A stretch of 64,000 bases of DNA from Deltaproteobacteria bacterium (GTDB taxonomy: Bacteria; SAR324; NAC60-12): NCBI GenBank assembly GCA_038150265.1, contig JAYOTF010000001.1, positions 98,092 to 162,091 on the forward strand. Reading direction: 5' to 3'. The position numbers and the translations under genes are program-made. Each line of letters begins with the position of its first letter. Within the stretch, counting starts at the first letter, position 1. The notes under the pieces are model-generated. The model did not search any database, had not been told where the DNA came from, and saw only the letters and a program-made list of their open reading frames with translations. This document shows positions 29,933-37,546 of this stretch, in pieces.

Positions 29933-31618
29933 ATGCTGCTCAGCCTGAAGCTGCAAAACCTGGCCACCATCAAGGAGCTTGACGTCGAGTTCAGCTCCGG
30001 ATTTTCCATCATGACCGGAGAAACCGGAGCCGGGAAGTCCATCATGATTGACGCGATCCTGCTGGTTCTTGGAGGCAAGGGAGACCCCGGCATGGTCCGC
30101 TCGGGTGAAGAGAAGGCCACCATTGAAGCCGTGTTTGACCTGAACCGGCTCAAGGGGCTCCGGGAGCACCTGAAGGAGTCTGGAATTGAAGCCGATGAAG
30201 AGCTGATCATCCGCTGCCTCGTGCCCCGGCAGGGACGCCAACGGCGCTACGTCAACGGCGCCACTGTCACCGCTGAGTTCCTGCGGTCTCTGGGCAAACG
30301 GTTGGTCAACATCCACGGCCAGCACGACAACCAGGCCCTGCTGCAGGTTTCCTCTCACCTCGACTTCCTCGACGGCTTCGGCCAGCTGTTTCCCCTCCGG
30401 GAAACCGTCACACAGCTTCACCAGCAGCACCAGCACCTGCTGCAGGAACAAAAGCGCCTCCTCAAGCGACTGGAAGCCCGGAATGCCCGCATGGAAGAAC
30501 TGGGGTGGGTCATTGAAGAGCTGGAGGAGCTGCAACTGCAGCGCGGAGAAGAGGAAGAGCTGCAGCAGGAGGCCCACCGACTTTCGCACACCGAGAAGCT
30601 GTCCCTGTGGTTTGGGCAGATCCTGGCGCAGCTCAATGATGCCGAGGGGTCGGTTCTTGAGCAGCTGGAATCCGTCCGCCGGGCGCTGGAAGATGCCGAA
30701 CGCGTGGACCCCAAGTGCAGCGAAATGAAGAACGCCCTGGAGTCCGCCCTCTTTCAGGTGGAAGACGTCCACCGCCTCGCGGGTCGCTACACGGACAGCA
30801 TTGAGGAGGATCCGGAGCGGCTGGCCTGGCTCAACGAACGGCTCAGCCGCATTCAACGCATCCAGCGCAAGCACCGGCGGGACACCTCTGACGCATTGAT
30901 CGACCTGCTGGAGCGCTCCCGGGAGGAACTTGCTGAGCTGAGCCACCTGGATGAAGACGGGCTGGAACTGCAACGACAGGTCGATGCCACCACCCAGGAG
31001 CTACGACTCAAGGCCCAGGAGCTTTCTGCAGCTCGACAGGAGCAGGCCGTTCAGCTGGACCAACAAATCGTTCACCAGCTGCAGGAGTTGGGGATGGAGA
31101 AGGCCCGCTTCCAGACTCAAATTGAAGCAGCTGATCCGGAAGAGGAGCTGAATGCCATTGGACCAACCGGTTCCGACGCTGTGGAGTTCCTGCTCTCCGT
31201 CAACCCAGGGCAGGACCTACGAAGCCTCGTCAAGGTCGCCTCCGGAGGAGAGCTGTCGCGCATCATGCTGGCGCTCAAGACGGTTCTGACGTCTTTGGAT
31301 ACGGTGGAGATCTTGATCTTTGATGAGGTGGATACCGGCATCAGTGGGCGGGTCGCTGAGATCGTCGGCCTGAAGCTCCGGGAGCTGGGTTCTAGGCACC
31401 AGACGCTCTGCATCACGCACCTGCCCCAGATTGCGGCCTTCTCCCAACAGCACTACGTGGTCACCAAAGAGGTCAAGGGCGAGCAGACCTTTACCCACAT
31501 CCGCCTCCTGAAAACCACTGAGGAGAAGGCTCAGGAGCTGGCGCAGCTCATGGGTGGACAGGAGATCAGCTCCAACACGCTGCAACTGGCGCGGGAGATG
31601 CTGACGCGTGCTTCCTGA
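29933..31618 (+). CDS. recN: DNA repair protein RecN
   Basis: MLLSLKLQNLATIKELDVEFSSGFSIMTGETGAGKSIMIDAI gives the SMC-like Walker A. Central coiled coil. Length 561 aa. Confidence 0.9.
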   Translation: MLLSLKLQNLATIKELDVEFSSGFSIMTGETGAGKSIMIDAILLVLGGKGDPGMVRSGEEKATIEAVFDLNRLKGLREHLKESGIEADEELIIRCLVPRQGRQRRYVNGATVTAEFLRSLGKRLVNIHGQHDNQALLQVSSHLDFLDGFGQLFPLRETVTQLHQQHQHLLQEQKRLLKRLEARNARMEELGWVIEELEELQLQRGEEEELQQEAHRLSHTEKLSLWFGQILAQLNDAEGSVLEQLESVRRALEDAERVDPKCSEMKNALESALFQVEDVHRLAGRYTDSIEEDPERLAWLNERLSRIQRIQRKHRRDTSDALIDLLERSREELAELSHLDEDGLELQRQVDATTQELRLKAQELSAARQEQAVQLDQQIVHQLQELGMEKARFQTQIEAADPEEELNAIGPTGSDAVEFLLSVNPGQDLRSLVKVASGGELSRIMLALKTVLTSLDTVEILIFDEVDTGISGRVAEIVGLKLRELGSRHQTLCITHLPQIAAFSQQHYVVTKEVKGEQTFTHIRLLKTTEEKAQELAQLMGGQEISSNTLQLAREMLTRAS

Positions 31619-31627
31619 AGCCGAAGC

Positions 31628-33577
31628 CTACTCTTCTGGTTTGGCCTTGGAGAAATCAAACTCCGGAGAATCCAACGCTGCTGCCGAGACCTGGCGGATC
31701 TTGTCGATGGGCTTGTCTGCCACCCGGTTCCCTCGGGCCTGAGCGCCCTTGACCAGCAGGCTGTCAAACAGCACCAGCTCCCGGGTCTTGCGCAGGCGGG
31801 GCGCCGGAACAAACAGCGCCTCCAGCATCAGCCCGGCTCCCTGGCTGAAGTGCATGATCTTTGCGCCCCGAGCCTTGGGAAAGAGGCGGTATTCCTTGTC
31901 CAGAATGAACTTCTCCACCCGGAACCGCTTCGCGTAGCAGATCTGACTCTCTCCTTCCGAGTAGATGAGGTTGTACACCAGCTTGGGATCATGCAGGTCC
32001 AGCCGGTTCACGTCCTTTCCCACAAACAGCTTCTCTGGCACCTTGATCACCTGGTACCGCCCATCTTTCCGGAAGAGCACAATGCGGTCGAATTCCGAGC
32101 AGGTCAGCGTGTGGTTGCTCTTCACGGTGGTCCCAATGAAGCCGGACTGCTTGTCCCACCCCAGCTGCAGCGTCTCAGCGACATCCTTCATGCGGATCTC
32201 GTCAAAAGACGCAATTTCCGTCCGCCTTGGGTACAGCTCCCCGTAACTCTTGATGAGCCCCTCGAGGTAGGCGATGGCGTAAGCCGTCAGTTCCTTGAGG
32301 TGCTTCTTGACCTCCCGGATGCGTTTCTGCAGCTTCTTCAGGTTGGCTTCTGCCTCTTTTTGGTCAAAGCGGGAGATGCGCTTGATGGGAATGGCCAGCA
32401 GGGCTTCCAGGTCGTCCTTGGCAATGGGCAACTCCAGGTCCGGAAGGAGGGGCTGCATGCGCACCTCAACCTCCTTCAGAACCTCCTCATACGAGTCGCA
32501 CTGCTCCAGCACCTGGTAGACGCGTTCCCTCAGGAAGTACAGCTCCAGCCGCCCCCGGTGCCACTTGTGCCGCAGCTGCTCCAGCTCCAGCTCCAGCTCC
32601 AGGCGCAGGAGGTGCAGCAGGCGGTCTGTCGCATGCGCCACCACCTCGCGGGTCGTCATCTGAACCGGCTGGTTGCCGCGAATCACCAAGAGGTTGACCG
32701 AAATGGAGACCTCACACTGGGTAAAGGCAAACAGGGGCTTGAGCAGGTCCTTCGCCTGCACTCCACGCATCGCCTTCAGCTCCACAGCCACTTCTTCGGT
32801 GGTGAAGTCGTTGATGGACGCCACCTTGAGCTTCCCCTTGTTGGCTGCATCCTGAACCGACTGAATCAGGCTCTCTGTGGTCACACCAAAGGGGACGTCC
32901 TTGATGAGCAGCGTTTTGTCGTCCTGCACTTCCACCCGAGCTCGGATCCGGACCTTGCCGTTTCCATTCTGATACTGCTCCGGATCCATGATCCCGCCTG
33001 TAAGGAAGTCCGGAAGCAGGTCCCGCTGCTCTCCCTGAAGCCATGCGATCTGCGCCTGAAGCACCTCATTGAAGTTGTGCGGCAGGATCCGGGTCGACAT
33101 GCCAACGGCGATTCCTTCGGCTCCCAGCAGCAGCGTCGCTGGAATCTTGCAGGGCAGGCGGACGGGTTCCTTGTTTCGACCGTCATAGCTTTCGACAAAC
33201 TCCGTCAGCTGCGGATTGAAGAGAACCTCGCGAGCCAGCGGGGTCAGGCGAGCCTCAATGTACCGGACCGCCGAGGCGGGATCCCCCGTGAAGAGGTTCC
33301 CGAAGTTCCCCTGCTTCTCAATGAAGTACTCCTTGTTTGCAATGACCACGAGCGCCGAGCCGATGGAGGCGTCTCCATGCGGGTGCAGCTTCATTGCCTC
33401 TCCGACGATGTTGGCCACCTTGCTGAACTTCCCGTCGTCCATCGTCCACATCGTGTGAAGGATGCGCCGCTGGACGGGCTTCAGGCCATCATCAACATCG
33501 GGAATCGCCCGTTCCTTGATGACGTACGAGGCGTATTCCAGAAAATTCTGGTCCATCAAGGGTTTGAGATTCTGCAT
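31628..33577 (-). CDS. parC: Type IIA DNA topoisomerase subunit A, ParC-like with short C-terminal domain
   Basis: QNFLEYASYVIKERAIPDVDDGLKPVQRRILHTMW is the canonical GyrA/ParC N-terminus. Only 649 aa. No GyrA-box was seen. Confidence 0.75.
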   Translation of the reverse strand: MQNLKPLMDQNFLEYASYVIKERAIPDVDDGLKPVQRRILHTMWTMDDGKFSKVANIVGEAMKLHPHGDASIGSALVVIANKEYFIEKQGNFGNLFTGDPASAVRYIEARLTPLAREVLFNPQLTEFVESYDGRNKEPVRLPCKIPATLLLGAEGIAVGMSTRILPHNFNEVLQAQIAWLQGEQRDLLPDFLTGGIMDPEQYQNGNGKVRIRARVEVQDDKTLLIKDVPFGVTTESLIQSVQDAANKGKLKVASINDFTTEEVAVELKAMRGVQAKDLLKPLFAFTQCEVSISVNLLVIRGNQPVQMTTREVVAHATDRLLHLLRLELELELEQLRHKWHRGRLELYFLRERVYQVLEQCDSYEEVLKEVEVRMQPLLPDLELPIAKDDLEALLAIPIKRISRFDQKEAEANLKKLQKRIREVKKHLKELTAYAIAYLEGLIKSYGELYPRRTEIASFDEIRMKDVAETLQLGWDKQSGFIGTTVKSNHTLTCSEFDRIVLFRKDGRYQVIKVPEKLFVGKDVNRLDLHDPKLVYNLIYSEGESQICYAKRFRVEKFILDKEYRLFPKARGAKIMHFSQGAGLMLEALFVPAPRLRKTRELVLFDSLLVKGAQARGNRVADKPIDKIRQVSAAALDSPEFDFSKAKPEE

Positions 33578-33609
33578 CCGTCAACCTTCCTGAAGCCGTC
33601 AGTGGGAGT

Positions 33610-35190
33610 TCAAAGAGAAATTTTTCGGGCGGAGGTAATTCCGGGACGATTGCGCAACTCGTCCACCACCGCTTCAGAGATGCCGTCATCCACGCGGATC
33701 AGCGCCATGGCTTCGCCACCTTTGGTGTTTCGCGCCAGCTCAAACTGGTCGATGTTCACCCCCTGTGTCCCCAGCAGGGTTCCGATGACGCCCACCATTC
33801 CGGGCTGATCCTGGTTGGTGGTGAGCAGAATGGTGCCCGTTGGTTCAATTTCACAAACGAACTCATTGACGAGCGTGATCCGGGAGTGCTGTCCACTGAA
33901 GACCACTCCTCCAATCTGAAACTTTCCTTCCGGACCCTGCAGCGTACACTTGAGGGCACTTTCGTAATCCGTGAAGCCCGGATCTGCCGTCTCCTCAACC
34001 CGCAGGCCAGCAGCCACGGCACACTGGTCCGCGTTGACGTAGCTGACGTGCTCGTGCTTGTTTTCCAGGAATCCCTTGAGGAAGCTCAAGCGGAGCAGGG
34101 ATCCTTCATGCCGAGCCAGGCTCCCCCGGAGCTTCAGCTCCAGCTGGTTGGGGGTGATGGTGGTGGCTTGTGAGGCAAAGCGTCCCAGGTTTTCTGCCAG
34201 CGCGGCATAGGTCCGGACCTGTGGATTGTCCAGCACCTGAACATTGGGCATGTTGACTGGAGAGTCCACGACCTCTCCCCGAAGCGCCCGAGGCACTTGT
34301 GTCCCGACTGACTCGGCAATCCGCATCTGGGCTTCCAGCGTCGAGGCTCCAATGTGCGGCGTCATCACCACGTTCGGAAAATCCTTGAATGCGTTTTCCT
34401 TGGGAGGCTCAATCTCCCAGGTGTCCACTCCTGCTGCTGCGACCCGTCCGGACTCAATGCCCTTCAGCAGGGCGGCTTCGTCAATCACTCCCCCACGAGC
34501 GGCGTTGAGGATGATCACGCCCTTTTTCATGCGGGCAAACTCATTGGCACCGAGCATGCCGGTGGTTTCCTTGTTTTTCGGAACGTGCAGGGTGATGACG
34601 TCGGATTCCTCGACAAGCTCATCCCACGTGACCTTCTTGGCGTTGTGCCGCTCAAAGACCTCATCGGAGATGTAGGGGTCATAAGCATGGACCGTCATGT
34701 CAAAGGCAGTGGCAAACCGGGCCACACGGTGTCCCACGTTTCCCAGTCCAATGATGCCAATGGTCTTCCCGAGCAGCTCAATGCCGGTGAAGGTGTGGCG
34801 GTCCCAGCGCAGGTTCTCCATGTGCTTGTGAGCCGGAATGACCTTCCGGATCGCATTGAGGAGCAGCCCCATCGTCAGTTCGGCGGCAGAGTTGGTGTTC
34901 TTGGCCGGCGTATTGAAGACCAGGATGCCCTTCTCAGTGGCATAATCGACATCGATGTTGCCGATGCCGACTGCTGCGCGGGCGATCACTTTCAGATTCG
35001 GTGCATGGTCAATCAACTCCCGAGTGATGGGAGTTTCTGAGCGAGACAGCACGCAGTGGTAGGGTTCCACAACGGAAAGGATCTCCTGGTACGGAAGATC
35101 CGGAGAGTACGTCACCTCCAAATCCGGTTCCTGGTTGAGGAGCGTCAGGCCCACCTCATGGATGGATCCGGTAATCAGCACTTTGTACAT
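33610..35190 (-). CDS. serA: D-3-phosphoglycerate dehydrogenase
   Basis: 2-hydroxyacid dehydrogenase core (GIIGLGNVGHRVA), ASB and C-terminal ACT domains. Length 526 aa. Confidence 0.9.
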   Translation of the reverse strand: MYKVLITGSIHEVGLTLLNQEPDLEVTYSPDLPYQEILSVVEPYHCVLSRSETPITRELIDHAPNLKVIARAAVGIGNIDVDYATEKGILVFNTPAKNTNSAAELTMGLLLNAIRKVIPAHKHMENLRWDRHTFTGIELLGKTIGIIGLGNVGHRVARFATAFDMTVHAYDPYISDEVFERHNAKKVTWDELVEESDVITLHVPKNKETTGMLGANEFARMKKGVIILNAARGGVIDEAALLKGIESGRVAAAGVDTWEIEPPKENAFKDFPNVVMTPHIGASTLEAQMRIAESVGTQVPRALRGEVVDSPVNMPNVQVLDNPQVRTYAALAENLGRFASQATTITPNQLELKLRGSLARHEGSLLRLSFLKGFLENKHEHVSYVNADQCAVAAGLRVEETADPGFTDYESALKCTLQGPEGKFQIGGVVFSGQHSRITLVNEFVCEIEPTGTILLTTNQDQPGMVGVIGTLLGTQGVNIDQFELARNTKGGEAMALIRVDDGISEAVVDELRNRPGITSARKISL

Positions 35191-35293
35191 AAGGACTTCT
35201 GGGGAAAGGGCAATACGGGAACTTTGGTTCGGTCAAACCTAGTACTTTCCCACACTTTCCGGGACGAATAAAGACGGAACCTCGCGGAGAGGC

Positions 35294-35614
35294 TTACAAA
35301 GAGGAGGAATTTTTGTAGAACGGAGTGGGCTTGAGGAAGAGGCGGGAGCGCTTGGGCTGAACCCGTTCCTGCAGAAAATCGATGCCGCTCAGCAGTTCAG
35401 AGGAGGCAGGGGTGGACCGGGAAGCAGACGAGGGGGGTGGTGACGTGGGCTGGTGCATGCGCTGCTCCAGCGCATCGATGACCCGCATCATTTCCCGACG
35501 CTCCTGTTGGTCCTGAGACCGTTGTTGAATGAGTTGCTCGCTCATGGAAACCAGGCGTTCACTCATGTCAATCAGGCGATCGTAGCGTTCTTCGAAAGTC
35601 TTTCGGGTACTCAT
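35294..35614 (-). CDS. Hypothetical coiled-coil protein with Pro/Ser-rich tail
   Basis: ORF only. Heptad-like ERYDRLIDMSERLVSMSEQLIQQRSQDQQERREMMRVIDALEQRM. No recognisable motif. Confidence 0.4.
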   Translation of the reverse strand: MSTRKTFEERYDRLIDMSERLVSMSEQLIQQRSQDQQERREMMRVIDALEQRMHQPTSPPPSSASRSTPASSELLSGIDFLQERVQPKRSRLFLKPTPFYKNSSSL

Positions 35615-35778
35615 TTCTCCATCAACAACTCAGGTTCACTGCTGATGAGTCTAAGCCGGGAACAAACGAGCGCAAGCGTAAAAGGGCAACTCCTCGCTCC
35701 GGCCCCCCACACGCAATGGAGGCAGCCAGGAGCGGAAGCATCCGGAACCAAGCGTTCCGGGAACTGAGTGATTGATTA

Positions 35779-35807
35779 TTGACAATAATAATTCAATCGT
35801 CTATAAA
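35779..35807 (+). promoter_or_regulatory. Consensus sigma70-type promoter: TTGACA (35779-35784), 17-nt spacer, TATAAA (35802-35807)
   Basis: Read directly from an AT-rich stretch. It is oriented toward the small ORF at 35857 and the RHH gene at 36032. Confidence 0.5.
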
Positions 35808-35856
35808 ACCGAGTTCAGAACCCCTTACGTGCCATCACTTCTTCTGGGGTCAGGCG

Positions 35857-36024
35857 ATGAAAACAACGCGCGCGATTGACCAGCCGGCGATTCGGCAAGA
35901 AGCTTGCAGTCTTCTGTTTCATGGAATGCTCCTGGAAAGGGTGAATCAGTCAGTCACCGGACTCCCCATGACTCCGCGACTGGCTCTTACCTTTCCTTAT
36001 CGGCACCTCATCGACTTTCTTTAA
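35857..36024 (+). CDS. Hypothetical 55-aa ORF downstream of the consensus promoter
   Basis: MKTTRAIDQPAIRQEACSLLFHGMLLERVNQSVTGLPMTPRLALTFPYRHLIDFL. No motif and a weak RBS. Could instead be untranslated leader or an sRNA. Confidence 0.25.
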   Translation: MKTTRAIDQPAIRQEACSLLFHGMLLERVNQSVTGLPMTPRLALTFPYRHLIDFL

Positions 36025-36031
36025 CGGTTCA

Positions 36032-36283
36032 ATGCCCAGAGGCGGCTACAGAGAAGGAGCAGGGCGTAAAAAAGAGTACAACGAGCCCGTCAAAAAGATC
36101 TTGCTGGGGCTGCCCCAATCCGTGTTGGACCAGCTGGATCAGTATGCGGCTCAGCAGAACCTCTCACGCCCTAAGGCCGTTGCGGCCCTGCTCAAACAGG
36201 TACAAAATCAGACCACTGGGACGAAGAAGGCCAAGATGCTGGAGGAACTCAAGTCCCTGAAGATGGAGTTGCGCCGGAACTAG
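36032..36283 (+). CDS. Ribbon-helix-helix (CopG/Arc-like) DNA-binding protein with N-terminal GGYREGAGRK motif
   Basis: MPRGGYREGAGRKKEY then the beta-strand KKILLGLPQSVLDQL and helices (DQYAAQQNLSRPKAVAALLKQ). The Gly-Arg N-terminal motif is common in phage and plasmid small DNA-binding proteins. Confidence 0.5.
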   Translation: MPRGGYREGAGRKKEYNEPVKKILLGLPQSVLDQLDQYAAQQNLSRPKAVAALLKQVQNQTTGTKKAKMLEELKSLKMELRRN

Positions 36284-36424
36284 GAGGCGGATCATCTAGC
36301 GACTGATCGATCTCCCGAAGCTTCCTGGAGGCCTCCTCGTATTTTTTTTCGGCACGCCGCTGTTCCCAGACCCCCAGCAGCACCATGGCTCCAAATGCCA
36401 TCAGGAGCAGAATCAGGCCCATCG

Positions 36425-36691
36425 CTACTTCCTCCGGTCTTGCCAGTACGCGAACCCGCGCAAAAGCACTTCCAGCCCCAGCAGCATTCCGAGCCCAACG
36501 ACGACAGAGAGTACGGCGACTTCTTCCCGCTCCCACCCCAGGGACCACAGGACCAGCGCCGACAGATAAACCGCTCCCACCACGAGGATGATGACATCCA
36601 CGAGCCGGGAGAAGCGCTCCTTCCAGCCCCGCTTGCGCCACATCCAGCGCAGGCCCCAAAGCAAGAGGATGGGCAGCAGCAGCTTAAGCAT
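36425..36691 (-). CDS. Hypothetical small membrane protein (3 predicted TM helices)
   Basis: MLKLLLPILLLWGLRWMW...VIILVVGAVYLSALVLWSLGW...LSVVVGLGMLLGLEVLL. ORF-based only. Confidence 0.4.
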   Translation of the reverse strand: MLKLLLPILLLWGLRWMWRKRGWKERFSRLVDVIILVVGAVYLSALVLWSLGWEREEVAVLSVVVGLGMLLGLEVLLRGFAYWQDRRK

Positions 36692-36782
36692 GAACGCTTT
36701 GCTGTTTGAGATTTTCGGAATTCCGTGGAATCATCCCTGTATTCAAACAGTTCCCTCTCAACAGAGCCCTGGACCAAAAAGC

Positions 36783-36989
36783 ATGAACGCCACCATTCTC
36801 AATGATGCCATCCGCCTCCTCAGTCATGAAATGACAAAACGAGGACACAAGCCGTTTGACAACGACCTCATCACCGCTCAACTGGAACGAGTGGAGACGC
36901 ATCTGAGCAAGGATCACCGCAATGAGCTGATCACCATGTTTCACCTGGATACCCCCAACGTGGACGGAGCCTGCTGGGAGCGGATCTAA
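36783..36989 (+). CDS. Hypothetical 68-aa protein
   Basis: MNATILNDAIRLLSHEMTKRGHKPFDNDLITAQLERVETHLSKDHRNELITMFHLDTPNVDGACWERI. ORF only, in the low-GC island. Confidence 0.3.
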   Translation: MNATILNDAIRLLSHEMTKRGHKPFDNDLITAQLERVETHLSKDHRNELITMFHLDTPNVDGACWERI

Positions 36990-37237
36990 TCCTTCTGGGT
37001 CAGCCCCATGAAGCGGTCTTCAAGCGAGTTGACCTCGACAATCCGGGCCGCTAGCAGGCCATTTTCCTTGGTGACGGCCTCAGCGGTGGCAATGGGCCGC
37101 TCGTTGACCAGCAGTTCCAGCTGCGACTGATTCGGCGCTTCCAGCTGAATCACGGACCCCTGTCCAAGGTTCAGGATGCTGCCGATTTCCATGTCGCACC
37201 GCCCAAGCACAAGCCGAACCGTTAGGGGCATGTCCAT
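36986..37237 (-). CDS. Orphan FliN/FliY/YscQ-type SpoA-domain protein (84 aa)
   Basis: DMPLTVRLVLGRCDMEIGSILNLGQGSVIQLEAPNQSQLELLVNERPIATAEAVTKENGLLAARIVEV aligns with the FliN C-terminus IPVKLTVELGRTRMTIKELLRLTQGSVVALDGLAGEPLDILINGYLIAQGEVVVVADKYGVRITDI. The start is set at MDM, because the upstream in-frame extension is low-complexity. Confidence 0.6.
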   Translation of the reverse strand: MDMPLTVRLVLGRCDMEIGSILNLGQGSVIQLEAPNQSQLELLVNERPIATAEAVTKENGLLAARIVEVNSLEDRFMGLTQKD

Positions 37238-37399
37238 CAATCGACCCAGCTTTCCACTGAGGCCGGGTCCTTGCTGTTGCTTCTGACTCACAATTCCCTG
37301 TAGAAAAAAGTAGCGAAGTCCAAAGAGATTTGGTACTCTTGGCTGTTTCTCACAAGCATAACGTTTGGTCTCCGAAGAACAAGCAGAAATAAAGGCGCC

Positions 37400-37546
37400 A
37401 TGTCCCCGAAGCAAAAAACCGAGCTGCAACGCAAAAAGAAAGATCGCCCGAACAAGGCCAACTGCAAGAAGCGCGAGCAGCAGAACCGAGCCAATCTCCT
37501 GATCATCCGGGAATTGACCTCGGATGCAAGCCAAGCCGATGCCTGA
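37400..37546 (+). CDS. Possible 48-aa highly basic small protein
   Basis: ATG at 37400 to TGA at 37546 encodes MSPKQKTELQRKKKDRPNKANCKKREQQNRANLLIIRELTSDASQADA. It is below the ORF-track size cut-off and overlaps the annotated 5' extension of xth. Confidence 0.2.
   Translation: MSPKQKTELQRKKKDRPNKANCKKREQQNRANLLIIRELTSDASQADA

Noticed and set aside
31850-33808. 652-aa ORF on the plus strand
   Set aside because: It is antisense to the ParC-like gene and the serA 3' end. The product is low-complexity. It is a GC-driven open frame.
36284-36360. Possible terminator after the RHH gene (GGAGGCCTCC palindrome followed by T8)
   Set aside because: The palindrome has no loop, so it cannot form a normal hairpin. 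Only the T-run is convincing, so it is not listed as a feature.
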